Positions 32,226-43,201 of a DNA stretch of 64,000 bases are shown here, one piece after another (position 1 is the stretch's first letter; every line of letters begins with the position of its first letter). The stretch covers positions 2,784,001 through 2,848,000 of the forward strand of contig CBDCDZ010000004.1 in assembly GCA_965215565.1 (NCBI GenBank), in the 5' to 3' direction. The position numbers and the translations under genes were made by a program. The notes beneath the pieces were generated by a model, which saw nothing but the letters and a program-made list of their open reading frames with translations, made no database searches and was not told the origin of the DNA. The DNA is from Trueperaceae bacterium (GTDB lineage: Bacteria > Deinococcota > Deinococci > Deinococcales > Trueperaceae).

Positions 32226-32633
32226 CTAGCGAATCCTATCCGCTAGCGCTTTTTTAACCGCCGAACTCGCGTGCAGCGCACCGAGTACGGTAATGGACTG
32301 AATCGTTTCTAGGGCTAGTTCAGCGCTCACGTCTGGTGCGATGCTCACAAGTCCTAGCACTTGAATCTCGAGCCTCTCTCCCGCATCACGCACCCTCTCC
32401 AAATCCGCTTTGGTGTAATGACGCAGCCCGAGGTCTAAGGTTTTGCGGCTCACGGTCTGCTTCACCACGTCGGCGTGCGCGCTGAGTTGGTTGCGAACCG
32501 CCGTGCGGACGAAGTCGGTGCGGTTCGAGTAGAACCCTTCTTGCACGACAAGGTCGATTTGCCCTAAATCCACCACGCCCAGGTTAATCGTGATCTTCTC
32601 CGTCGTGCCTGCTTTAGGTTGTAAATCGGTCAT
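32226..32633 (-). CDS. CopG-family transcriptional regulator
   Basis: EKITINLGVVDLGQIDLVVQEGFYSNRTDF; family usually found upstream of PHB depolymerase esterases. Confidence 0.85.
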   Translation of the reverse strand: MTDLQPKAGTTEKITINLGVVDLGQIDLVVQEGFYSNRTDFVRTAVRNQLSAHADVVKQTVSRKTLDLGLRHYTKADLERVRDAGERLEIQVLGLVSIAPDVSAELALETIQSITVLGALHASSAVKKALADRIR

Positions 32634-32758
32634 CCTCTCCCTTTCTAGAATCTATGTACCATCTGAATGGATGGCGTATAGATGATAGGTTACACGCATG
32701 GAGGGGTAAAGTCAAGGACGAAGCGTCGGGAGGGGATATGAAGCTCGAGCCACGAAGA

Positions 32759-32786
32759 ACGCCCTCTCCTTTCGAGGAGAGGGCGT
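32759..32786. terminator. Hairpin downstream of osmC
   Basis: ACGCCCTCTCCT-TTCG-AGGAGAGGGCGT perfect 12-bp stem. Confidence 0.6.
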
Positions 32787-32810
32787 CATCTTCACAAGTG
32801 TGAGGGTGAA

Positions 32811-33239
32811 CTAGTTCTCTAAGGTTGCCTCGAGCGTAATGTCTGTCCCTGCGAGCGCTTTAGAGACCGGGCAGACCTCTTTCGCCTGGTTCGCGTGCTC
32901 CTTAAAGGTAGCTTCGTCGATTCCCGGCACCTTGCCCTGCGTGTGCAGCTCGATCTTGCTAATCTTAAAGCCGCCGTTATCCTTGTCTAAGTGGACCCGC
33001 GCTTCGGTATGAACGCTGTCCGGCTCGTGGCCCGCTTCGGCTAGGAGCGCGGAGAGCTGCATCGAGAAGCAGCCCGCGTGCGCCGCGCCGACGAGTTCTT
33101 CGGGGTTCGTCCCTTCGCCCGCTTCGAAGCGCGAACGAAAGGAGTACGCACCCTCGAACGCGCCACTGCCGAGCTTCATGCTGCCCTCGCCCCCTTGCAA
33201 AGAGCCCTTCCACTGTGCATCTGCTGAACGTACTGGCAT
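32811..33239 (-). CDS. osmC: OsmC family peroxiredoxin
   Basis: TNPEEL..AAHAGCF, CPVSKAL; AAGGAGG SD. Confidence 0.93.
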   Translation of the reverse strand: MPVRSADAQWKGSLQGGEGSMKLGSGAFEGAYSFRSRFEAGEGTNPEELVGAAHAGCFSMQLSALLAEAGHEPDSVHTEARVHLDKDNGGFKISKIELHTQGKVPGIDEATFKEHANQAKEVCPVSKALAGTDITLEATLEN

Positions 33240-33407
33240 CTATACCTCCTTGAATGTTGACAGGTTTTATCATCTGTTGAACGACTGTGACAAGCTCTTT
33301 TGCGCCCGCCTATATAGATGACCTTGCCCAAGTTAGGGTAAACCTGCTATGAGGGCTAGTCTAACGTTGTACCCAAAAGCGAACGTTAGCCGGGATTATT
33401 TTCTTCA

Positions 33408-33461
33408 AGCAATGAGCAATGAGTCTAAAGGGTTTCACTCATTGCTCGTTCCTCATTGCTT
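33408..33461. repeat. Heptamer (CAATGAG) palindromic repeat, copy 1
   Basis: AGCAATGAGCAATGAGT...ACTCATTGCTCGTTCCTCATTGCTT; related copy at 58213. Confidence 0.65.
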
Positions 33462-33512
33462 CTTATTCTGACGCAACAGTAAAGCCAGCGTTGCAGGCGT
33501 ACAATAGCGTTT

Positions 33513-35549
<2,037 letters not shown>

Positions 35550-35630
35550 GTTACTCGAGAATTTAACGCCATTGTCACAAGTTCACTTCTGGTTTGCCTG
35601 GACCTAGCTAGAAGCTCAATCGTTAGCTTT

Positions 35631-36347
35631 TCAATTTGGGAGAATCTCCAGAATATCTCTAGGCTTCTCCGCAACCGCGTCAGGCTGCACCTCATCGTCC
35701 GCCCTTGCATTCATTTTCTGCCAAACCGTGCGCAGCCCGAGCACTTTGGCTGGCGCGATATCTTTGCGGAGGCTGTCGCCTATCATCACAACCTTTTCAG
35801 CGGGAAGCTGCCACGCCTCCAAAACCGCCTCAAAAAGTTTCGGGCTAGGTTTGCGAAAGCCGAACGCTGCCGAGGTAATGAAAGGGTCAAAGTGCTCACG
35901 AACGCCGAGCTTGCGGACGATACTCTCGATGAGGTGATGCGAGCAGGTGTTTGACATGACGGCGAGCTTGACGTGCGGCTGAAGAGCGCGAATAACCTCT
36001 TCAATACCTGGCAGCGCGACGCTTCCCTGGATTTCTGGACGGTAGAAGGCGTGCTCGAGCCGCCCCACCTCTTCCTCATCCAGACGAATACCGTACTCCG
36101 TCGCAATCTCAACAAGCGCCTCTCTCGTCGTATTGATCTGCCGACAGTTCTCACCCTCTTTAGGGGAGCGTCGTCGCAGTTCAACCAAGTTACGTGTAAA
36201 CGCCTCACTCTCCAGTTCATAACCCCAACCTCTTAACGTTAGCGCCGCCGCCCAAGCGTTCGCATGTTCGAAGTGCCCGAAGTTCGAATAGATGAGCGTC
36301 CCGCCCACGTCAAAGATAACGCCTTCCACACTTTTATCTAGCTCCAT
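35631..36347 (-). CDS. HAD family hydrolase
   Basis: FDVGGTL, SN, KP, IGDS..KD motifs. Confidence 0.88.
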   Translation of the reverse strand: MELDKSVEGVIFDVGGTLIYSNFGHFEHANAWAAALTLRGWGYELESEAFTRNLVELRRRSPKEGENCRQINTTREALVEIATEYGIRLDEEEVGRLEHAFYRPEIQGSVALPGIEEVIRALQPHVKLAVMSNTCSHHLIESIVRKLGVREHFDPFITSAAFGFRKPSPKLFEAVLEAWQLPAEKVVMIGDSLRKDIAPAKVLGLRTVWQKMNARADDEVQPDAVAEKPRDILEILPN

Positions 36348-36378
36348 AGTGATAGTTTAAGCGCGTGCAAGGTCCGCT

Positions 36379-36987
36379 GTGAACATCGTCCAAAAACCCG
36401 TCTCGCCGAACAACTACAGAGAGGGGCGAGGAGGGCAGCGCCCTAACCTCATCGTGGTTCACGTGACGCAGGGGGAGAAGGGGGCGGTGGCTAGGTGGTT
36501 CAGCAGTCCTAGAGCACGAGTAAGCGCCCACTACCTCATCACACAAGAGGGTGAGGTTTGGCAGTTCGTAGACGAAGCGGATACTGCCTTTCACGCAGGT
36601 GACTACGACGTCAACTTGCGCTCGGTTGGGCTCGAGCACGAGGGCGTTGGACCGAATTACCGTCCAAATGAGGTGCAGTTAGAGGCGTCCGTTAGGTTGG
36701 CCGCGCGGATTTGCAAGCGGTGGAACTTAGAGCCGAACGGCGCAACGATTCAGCCGCACAGGGCGTTTCGCGCGACGCGCTGCCCGGCGGACTTTCCAAT
36801 GGGGAGGTATATCAGTATGGTTGAGCAAGCGGGAGCAGAACAAGAGGTTGGCGAGCCGCAAAATAGAGAGGTGCGCCTCTTCGACCCGCGCACGAACGAA
36901 CCGATTGGCGTTGGAACGTTCATAGCGGGTACGGACAAGGTCTATATCAAATCTCTGAATATCGACTTCACATCTGACGCCAAATAG
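36379..36987 (+). CDS. N-acetylmuramoyl-L-alanine amidase (Amidase_2/AmpD-like)
   Basis: IVVHVT, VSAHY, AFHAG, N.RSVGLE, H...TRCP. Confidence 0.88.
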   Translation: MNIVQKPVSPNNYREGRGGQRPNLIVVHVTQGEKGAVARWFSSPRARVSAHYLITQEGEVWQFVDEADTAFHAGDYDVNLRSVGLEHEGVGPNYRPNEVQLEASVRLAARICKRWNLEPNGATIQPHRAFRATRCPADFPMGRYISMVEQAGAEQEVGEPQNREVRLFDPRTNEPIGVGTFIAGTDKVYIKSLNIDFTSDAK

Positions 36988-37032
36988 CGCCGCCCTTAAA
37001 GACTTCGGAAGAGGTATTTGCTAGGCTGACGT

Positions 37033-39111
37033 ATGACGGACATCAACTTGCGTGACCCGAGCCTCTACTTCAACCGCGAGCTGTCGTGGCTCAAGTTCAA
37101 TGAGCGCGTGTTGGAAGAGGCGGTAGACGAGGACAACCCTCTTTTAGAGCGGCTCAAATTCTTAGCAATTTTTAGCACCAACTTAGACGAGTTCATCATG
37201 ATCCGCTACGCGGGTCTCAAGGAGCAGATATCGGCGGGCATCGTCTCCCCGAGCTTCGACGGGATGACGCCCGCCGAGCAGGTGAAGGCGATCTCCGAAG
37301 AATTGCACCCGATGGTGACGCGCCACAGGCATATTTTGGCGAGGGAGGTCCTCCCCGCTTTAGAAGAGCACGGGCTCTTCGTCGTGCCGATGGAAGGGCT
37401 TACCGACGCGGACTGTGAAGCGGTCAATGCGTACTTCGAGAGTGCGCTCTTTCCCGTCTTGACGCCCTTGGCGGTAGATTCAGGGCATCCCTTCCCGAGA
37501 CTGCCCAACCTCTCCTTCTCGCTCATGTTGGAGCTTTACGACGCGCTGAGGAACGAGAAGAAGACCGCCGTCGTGCAGGTGCCGAGCGTCTTGCCGCGCT
37601 TTTTGCGCTTGCCGAGTCAGCCGGGCGCGCCGCACCGTTTCGTGCTCTCAGAAGAGGTCATCCGGGCGAAGGTGGGGGCGCTCTTTCCGGGTCACGAGGT
37701 CTTGCGGGCGCACGCCTTTCGCCTTACGCGCAACGCGGACATCGAAATCGCCGAGGACGAAGCCGACGACCTCTTGCAGGTGATTCAAGACGAGGTGCGC
37801 AAGAGGCGTTGGGGGGACGCGGTGAGGCTCGAGGTGTCTCAAGACATGCCCGGCGCATGGCGCGAATATTTGCAGGAGACGCTGGAGTTAGAGCCCTCCG
37901 ACGTTTACCGCGTTCCAAACTATCTAAGCGTCGCTGACTTTATGGAGTTGGCCCTGCTCGATATGCCTGAGCTGCGCTATCCACCTTTTAATACACGCCT
38001 CCCTACCGAATACCGGGGTACGAAAGATATTTTCTCGGTGGTGCGCAAGCAAGATGTCTTTATCCACCATCCCTTTCACGCCTTTGACTCGGTTCTCAAT
38101 ATGATCGAGCAAGCCGCCGAAGACCCGAACGTTTTAGCCATCAAGCAGACCCTGTACCGCGTCGGCAGCAAGTCGCCCGTCGTGGCGGCTTTGGCGAAGG
38201 CTGCGGGCAACGGTAAGCTTGTTACGGCCTTAGTCGAACTCAAAGCTCGCTTCGACGAGGAGAACAACATCGTCTGGGCGCGGGAGTTGGAGCAGTCGGG
38301 CGTGCACGTCGTTTACGGGGTCATCGGGCTTAAAACCCACTGCAAAGCGCTCCTCATCGTGCGGCGCGAAGGGGACCAGATTCGCCGCTACGTTCATTTG
38401 GGAACAGGCAACTACAACCGCAGCACCAGCACCATCTATACCGACTTCGCGCTTCTCTCTTCTGATCCTGACCTGGCAGCGGACGTTTCCGAACTATTCA
38501 ACTACATTACCGGCTTCTCTAAGCAACATGACTGGCGCAAACTCTGGATTGCACCTGAGACCTTGCGGGAAAAAGTCTTAGAAGCCATCGAACGCGAGGA
38601 GGCGTACGCAAAAGCGGGAAAAAAGGGGCGAATCGTCGCTAAGATGAACTCACTCGTGGACCCGAAAGTGATTCGCGCCCTCTACCGCGCGTCGCAAGCT
38701 GGCGTCGAAATCGACCTCATCGTGCGGGGGATTTGCTGTTTGCGCCCTGGCGTCAAAGGGGTAAGCGAGCGCATTCGGGTGCGGAGCATCGTGGGGCGGT
38801 TTTTGGAGCACTCGAGGGGCTTCTACTTCTACAATAGCGGTAGGGAAAACCTCTACATCGGCTCAGCGGACTGGATGCAGCGCAACTTGAACCGCCGCGT
38901 CGAGGCGGTCTTTCCGGTTGAGGACCCACGGCTCAAGAAAAAGGTGATGCGGGTGTTCGACTTAGCCTTGCGCGATAATGAGAAGGCAAGGGAGTTGCAA
39001 CCGGATGGATGTTACGCGCCTGTTAAGCGAAAAGTTGGTCAGAAGCGGCTCAACTCGCAAGAGCGGCTTTTAGAGCTGTCGGCGCGGCGTTTGGCGCAGG
39101 TGGGGCGTTAA
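37033..39111 (+). CDS. ppk1: Polyphosphate kinase 1
   Basis: NRELSWLKFNERV, HHPF, LKTHCK, GTGNYN, GRFLEH, SADWMQRN. Confidence 0.97.
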   Translation: MTDINLRDPSLYFNRELSWLKFNERVLEEAVDEDNPLLERLKFLAIFSTNLDEFIMIRYAGLKEQISAGIVSPSFDGMTPAEQVKAISEELHPMVTRHRHILAREVLPALEEHGLFVVPMEGLTDADCEAVNAYFESALFPVLTPLAVDSGHPFPRLPNLSFSLMLELYDALRNEKKTAVVQVPSVLPRFLRLPSQPGAPHRFVLSEEVIRAKVGALFPGHEVLRAHAFRLTRNADIEIAEDEADDLLQVIQDEVRKRRWGDAVRLEVSQDMPGAWREYLQETLELEPSDVYRVPNYLSVADFMELALLDMPELRYPPFNTRLPTEYRGTKDIFSVVRKQDVFIHHPFHAFDSVLNMIEQAAEDPNVLAIKQTLYRVGSKSPVVAALAKAAGNGKLVTALVELKARFDEENNIVWARELEQSGVHVVYGVIGLKTHCKALLIVRREGDQIRRYVHLGTGNYNRSTSTIYTDFALLSSDPDLAADVSELFNYITGFSKQHDWRKLWIAPETLREKVLEAIEREEAYAKAGKKGRIVAKMNSLVDPKVIRALYRASQAGVEIDLIVRGICCLRPGVKGVSERIRVRSIVGRFLEHSRGFYFYNSGRENLYIGSADWMQRNLNRRVEAVFPVEDPRLKKKVMRVFDLALRDNEKARELQPDGCYAPVKRKVGQKRLNSQERLLELSARRLAQVGR

Positions 39112-39142
39112 GCCTTGGCCTCGAACGTGTGACTTCCTATCG

Positions 39143-39253
39143 TAGTGATTTTGTTAGAACACTAGAGCGAACGGCCGCAGGTGTTATCACAAAGGTGTGA
39201 GCCAAACATCGCTTTGTAGAGTGAGAGCGTTTGTGACCAGATAATACCTGCTA
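39143..39253 (+). mobile_element. MITE-like dispersed repeat, diverged copy C
   Basis: 3' end AGTGAGAGCGTTTGTGACCAGATAATACCTGCTA matches the end of copy B; 5' part diverged. Confidence 0.55.
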
Positions 39254-39502
39254 TCACGCCTGAATCGGTCCACGCGGTACGCTCTCCAACTCCTCTTCAT
39301 CCCCATCCGCCACCGCGTACCCCGTCTGCAAGCCCATCAGATAGCCGAGCTTGAGCATGAACATAATCGTGTCGGCGTCCCCTTGCGCGATGCGCTCTAA
39401 AACGTACTCTCTCGTCCCTTCAGGCAACTCTACGTCAGCGATTTCCTCGTCGTGCCGCCCTTTCATCTCCTCTAAAAAGGCGCGGATGGCTTCTTTACTC
39501 AT
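39254..39502 (-). CDS. ddrH: DdrH-like DNA damage response protein
   Basis: LPEG...GD..TIMFMLKLGY..G.Q.GYA...QA resembles Deinococcus DdrH as recalled. Confidence 0.7.
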   Translation of the reverse strand: MSKEAIRAFLEEMKGRHDEEIADVELPEGTREYVLERIAQGDADTIMFMLKLGYLMGLQTGYAVADGDEEELESVPRGPIQA

Positions 39503-39905
39503 TCGTAGCTCCTGCTTCTACTATATCTTGCTCCAACTGCTCCTCCAACCAAGCGATGACCGCCTCAGCACTCCCCAAGTTCGTCGCTAAGGGTATCTCG
39601 TGTACGTCGCAAATGCGCATCAGCGCGGATACGTCAGGCTCGTGCGGCTGCGCGGTCAAGGGGTCGCGGAAGAAGATGACCGCCATGACCTTCTCCTCGG
39701 CGATGCGTGCGCCCACCTGCAAATCGCCCCCTTGCGGGCCGGACATCAGCCTTTCAACCTTTAAGTGACCTTTCGTTTCCAACATGCCGCCCGTGGTGCT
39801 CGTGGCGATGAGGGGGAATTTGCGTAAGATGTCGGCGTGGTCTTTGGCGAAAATGGCAAGGTCCAACTTTTTCTTATCATGTGCGATGAGGGCGACGGCT
39901 TTCAT
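39495..39905 (-). CDS. mgsA: Methylglyoxal synthase
   Basis: ALIAHDKKK, SGPQGGDLQ, DPLTAQPHEPDV, PLATN. Confidence 0.95.
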   Translation of the reverse strand: MKAVALIAHDKKKLDLAIFAKDHADILRKFPLIATSTTGGMLETKGHLKVERLMSGPQGGDLQVGARIAEEKVMAVIFFRDPLTAQPHEPDVSALMRICDVHEIPLATNLGSAEAVIAWLEEQLEQDIVEAGATNE

Positions 39906-40239
39906 GCTCTAGTGTACGGCACTTTGGTTGAGGGGGCTGTCTGTGGAGAAATGGAGAGAGGTTGAGGCTCGAGGTTTTATAGAGGTGGAATCAAGAAATT
40001 GCTACAGTTTCAAGATGTCAGACAAGCAGCTTCCGCTCGTTCGCCCACCGCCACCAACGACAAGCTGACCCGCTGACGTGCTGAGAGGCTACCTAAACGC
40101 CGCCGCCAAACCTCTTGCGCCACCACGTCACTGCAACCCCCAACGAAAGGACTGAATCCTTTTGGTCAAGAGAGGGGAGAAAAGCTGTGTAGGACGGGAA
40201 CGTGAAGAGGTTGACAGGGGGAAATAGGGGGTTTTAGGT

Positions 40240-40269
40240 GGGATAGGGATAGGGATAGGGATAGGGATG
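40240..40269 (+). repeat. (GGGATA)4 GGGATG tandem hexamer
   Basis: Directly visible; five G3 tracts with 3-nt spacers. Confidence 0.9.
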
Positions 40270-40312
40270 TACTCTCTTATCAGTCATTAGTTTTGTAAAT
40301 GGAGATTTTAAG

Positions 40313-40567
40313 ATGACTACTAGCAGAATCGAACGCCAAGCTTCACGTTTTCAACTGTTCCAAGAGGGATTTGTTCCCTTAGAGAATAGTTGGGTTTCGG
40401 GGTACGACCCCGAAACCGGTAGATACAATCGCCACGCGGCGATTGTAAGCGAATCCCCCTCGGGATTTGCCTACTATTTCAACGGATATCATGGAGAAGG
40501 TAAAACCTTCTCCGAAGCTCGAGAGGCTTTCGACAAGGCCTACGAGGAGTATTACAACTCCCACTAG
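40313..40567 (+). CDS. Small hypothetical protein with HicB-like motif
   Basis: GGAG SD; GEGKTFSEAREAF resembles the HicB G.T.EEA motif; own terminator. Confidence 0.55.
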   Translation: MTTSRIERQASRFQLFQEGFVPLENSWVSGYDPETGRYNRHAAIVSESPSGFAYYFNGYHGEGKTFSEAREAFDKAYEEYYNSH

Positions 40568-40603
40568 GCAAAATTTAAGACCTAGTTTTTCCGACTAGGC
40601 ACT

Positions 40604-40639
40604 AAGATACTCAGTTTTACGACTCGAGTATCTTTTTTT
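40604..40639 (+). terminator. Intrinsic terminator
   Basis: AAGATACTC...GAGTATCTTTTTTT. Confidence 0.65.
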
Positions 40640-40775
40640 GTCCTCTTGCTGTGTGTTTCAGATCGTACAAATAGGGTTTAACGCTATCTCCCTAGACTCC
40701 TCCAGGCTTCGCCTCAACCTCTTGGGGCTCGAGGCTCAGTCGTGCAGGGGGTGGGGCTCGAGGCTCTACAGGGTG

Positions 40776-41087
40776 TCAAGTGGACGATTTTAGATGGGAT
40801 TGGAGGGACTCGAGTGACTCGGTGCTCACGTCTGGCGTAGCCGGGGTTCTAGCTTCCAGAAAAGCCCGCACCTCTTCCTCGCTCGCTCTAGGTGTGTCTT
40901 CTAAATAGCTGTGAAACGCTTCTGTCTGCGCCTCAACCTCTTCGTCAGTACGTTTTCTAAGACCAAGAGTGCTGCTTTGAGCGAGGGTGTAGACGACGTA
41001 CTGGTTGAGCGAGACGCCCTCGCGCTTCGCGGCTGCTCTAAGTTGTTCGTGCAAGGAGTTGGGGAGCCTGAGCGTCAAGCGGGTCAT
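40776..41087 (-). CDS. Ribbon-helix-helix (HicB-like) antitoxin-type protein
   Basis: MTRLTLRLPNSLHEQL..AAKREGVSLNQY. Confidence 0.8.
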   Translation of the reverse strand: MTRLTLRLPNSLHEQLRAAAKREGVSLNQYVVYTLAQSSTLGLRKRTDEEVEAQTEAFHSYLEDTPRASEEEVRAFLEARTPATPDVSTESLESLQSHLKSST

Positions 41088-41144
41088 CGTGTGTCACCTG
41101 CCAATCTTTCTACAACTGGAGCTTTATTTCAGACCCAAGGCACC

Positions 41145-41540
41145 TCACCACACTATCTCTACTTCGTACGAGGCGAACAGCGCGTCGCTGGTGACGATGG
41201 GCAGGTGCTCCAACTGCGCCTGCGCGATGAGCATCCGGTCGAAGGGATCGCGGTGATGGCGCGGCAGGGCTCCGGCGCGAAGCGCGTGCTCTGGGGTGAT
41301 GACGAGCACATCCGCTTGGAGCCGCTCTAAGTGAGAGCCGAAGCCCGCTACCACTTGCTCCGCGCCTCCCAACTTGCCGAGCGCGTGCTTGATGGCGATT
41401 TCCCAGGCGCTTACGCTGCTGACTAAAAGCTGCGTGTCAGGGTCGCGCAACCGCTTAAATGCTTCCTGGCTTAGGTCATCTGGTGAGAGCAGGGCCCAGA
41501 GTAGTGCATTTGTATCCAGCAGGAGGCGGGCTATTCCCAA
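41145..41540 (-). CDS. VapC/PIN domain toxin
   Basis: LLLDTN, SAWEI, HRDPFDR, IVTSD. Confidence 0.92.
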   Translation of the reverse strand: MGIARLLLDTNALLWALLSPDDLSQEAFKRLRDPDTQLLVSSVSAWEIAIKHALGKLGGAEQVVAGFGSHLERLQADVLVITPEHALRAGALPRHHRDPFDRMLIAQAQLEHLPIVTSDALFASYEVEIVW

Positions 41541-41752
41541 GCCTCGAGTTCGTCGTCACTTAACGGCTCGAAAAAGCTCGCTGGGACCTCTCCCTCCACG
41601 AAGCCGAACTCGCGCGGCTTGCGCGCTAAGGGTACAAGCTTAGCGTAGGGCTCGCCCCCTTTGGCGAGCACGATCTCCTCGCCTGCCTTGACGCGCTCCA
41701 AGAGCTTTGAGAGGTGGGTCTTCGCCTCGTGCACGTTGATAGTCTCTGGCAT
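41531..41752 (-). CDS. Phd/YefM family antitoxin
   Basis: INVHEAKTHLSKLLERV..GEEIV; GAGGAGG SD before ATG 41752. Confidence 0.92.
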   Translation of the reverse strand: MPETINVHEAKTHLSKLLERVKAGEEIVLAKGGEPYAKLVPLARKPREFGFVEGEVPASFFEPLSDDELEAWE

Positions 41753-42120
41753 TGTGCCTCCTCTTAGTCTACTTAGTTTAGCATAGGTAGCCGCTGCTTC
41801 TCGAGAAAGATAACCGGGGTCTGGGTCCTCTTTAGACTTTGGGCTAGTGGGTTGGGACTCGAGGACGTAAGGCACAAGAGAAGGCACCTCTCAAGGGGTG
41901 TGCCGCAAGAGGTGCCTTCCGCTTCGCTGGGGGAAGCTGAGGTGAGTGTATACCCGTTGCTGTTCTCGTTGTGGCGCTAAGGGCTCGAGGCTGAAAGTTT
42001 TCTCGTTACCTCGCCCTTCGAATCAATCTGGTCACGCTCTTTGTGGCTTCGCTTGTATGTAAGCGGCGATATGTCCATATGAACTTGTAAATACGATGAA
42101 TCTCCCTTACAATTTAAGAT

Positions 42121-42480
42121 ATGGCGACGCTTTGGAAACTCAAATCCTTTTTGGACGAGCACGGGCTGAGCGCTAACGCGGTCTCTGAGCGGACCAAGGG
42201 GAAGCTGGCGCGTAACTCGGTCTATAACCTGCTTAAAGCGCCGCGCAGCGTCCGTTTGGAAACATTGGACGCTCTCATCCCAGCGCTCGAAGAGATGACC
42301 GGGCAGCGTGTGAGCGTGACCGACCTCCTCGAGTACGAGCCCGATAACAGACCGCTGGACGACCCCTTCACAGCGCTTATTGGCGCGTTCGACCATCCGG
42401 GCGCGCCCGCAGACATGAGCACGCGGCACGGTGAATACGCCGCCGCTGCGCTGCAAGAGAGCCTTGACAGGCGTTCTTGA
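42121..42480 (+). CDS. XRE-like HTH protein, putative antitoxin
   Basis: WKLKSFLDEHGLSANAV HTH; C-terminal DMSTRH.EY tail; TTGA overlap with PIN gene. Confidence 0.75.
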   Translation: MATLWKLKSFLDEHGLSANAVSERTKGKLARNSVYNLLKAPRSVRLETLDALIPALEEMTGQRVSVTDLLEYEPDNRPLDDPFTALIGAFDHPGAPADMSTRHGEYAAAALQESLDRRS

Positions 42481-42887
42481 AGGGCTTACTCGTCGATACG
42501 GGCTACCTCATCGGCTTGGTTTCGCCCCGCGACCAATATCACGCGGCGGCGGTGGCGACCCTCAGCGCTCTGCGCAGGCGGCGCGTCAGCGTGCACTGTC
42601 CGCTTGGGTCAGCTCTAGAACTGCATAGAAACCTCCTCTACGTCAAACCGCCACGTATTCAGATGGCGCAGAAAGCGGTAGGGGGCGTTCTCGCTGTCTA
42701 TCCGCTCGCCACGCCCCAAAGGGCAGACGTTGAGGCGGGTCTCGCAGCGTTAGCCCGCTACGGCGACCAGCCCATCAGCTTAGTTGACGCAACTACGGCG
42801 AGCATGGCTAAGCGCGAAGGGCTAGGTGTACTGACGTTTGACGTGCGGCACTACAGGTTGCTAGGGGCAGACGTTTACGAGGAATAA
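42477..42887 (+). CDS. VapC/PIN domain toxin
   Basis: LVDTG, DQYH, SLVDA, LTFD.RHY. Confidence 0.88.
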   Translation: MKGLLVDTGYLIGLVSPRDQYHAAAVATLSALRRRRVSVHCPLGSALELHRNLLYVKPPRIQMAQKAVGGVLAVYPLATPQRADVEAGLAALARYGDQPISLVDATTASMAKREGLGVLTFDVRHYRLLGADVYEE

Positions 42888-43201
42888 AATAGGTTTTACC
42901 TTCTCGGGTTTTAGCGGCTTATCTCAACGCCCTCACGGGTTCTCGTTGGCGTGGCTGAGGGTGCTTGTGGCTTATATTGACCTCGAGAATACAAGGCGAG
43001 CGGTCTGTGCTGCAAGTCGCTAGGGCTGCGTGAGTTTGGGTAAGGTCATGGACCGAAGAGAGACACGCCGCTTTTGCCTAGTGATTAGAGGAGGGAGGGC
43101 AAAAGGAAAGGTACCGAAACGGGAAGTTTCAGTACCTTTTAGGTAGCACGAGGGTAAATCGTAGTACCTGTAGGGCAGCCCGGTTGGGGTGCCCGTAAAA
43201 A

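Noticed and set aside
33465..33481. DdrO-binding RDRM upstream of uvrB (and a partial one near 63332-63347 for uvrA)
   Set aside because: Half-site spacing or terminal bases do not fit the 17-bp consensus.
36379..36987. Phage endolysin
   Set aside because: No holin or phage genes nearby; sits among housekeeping genes.
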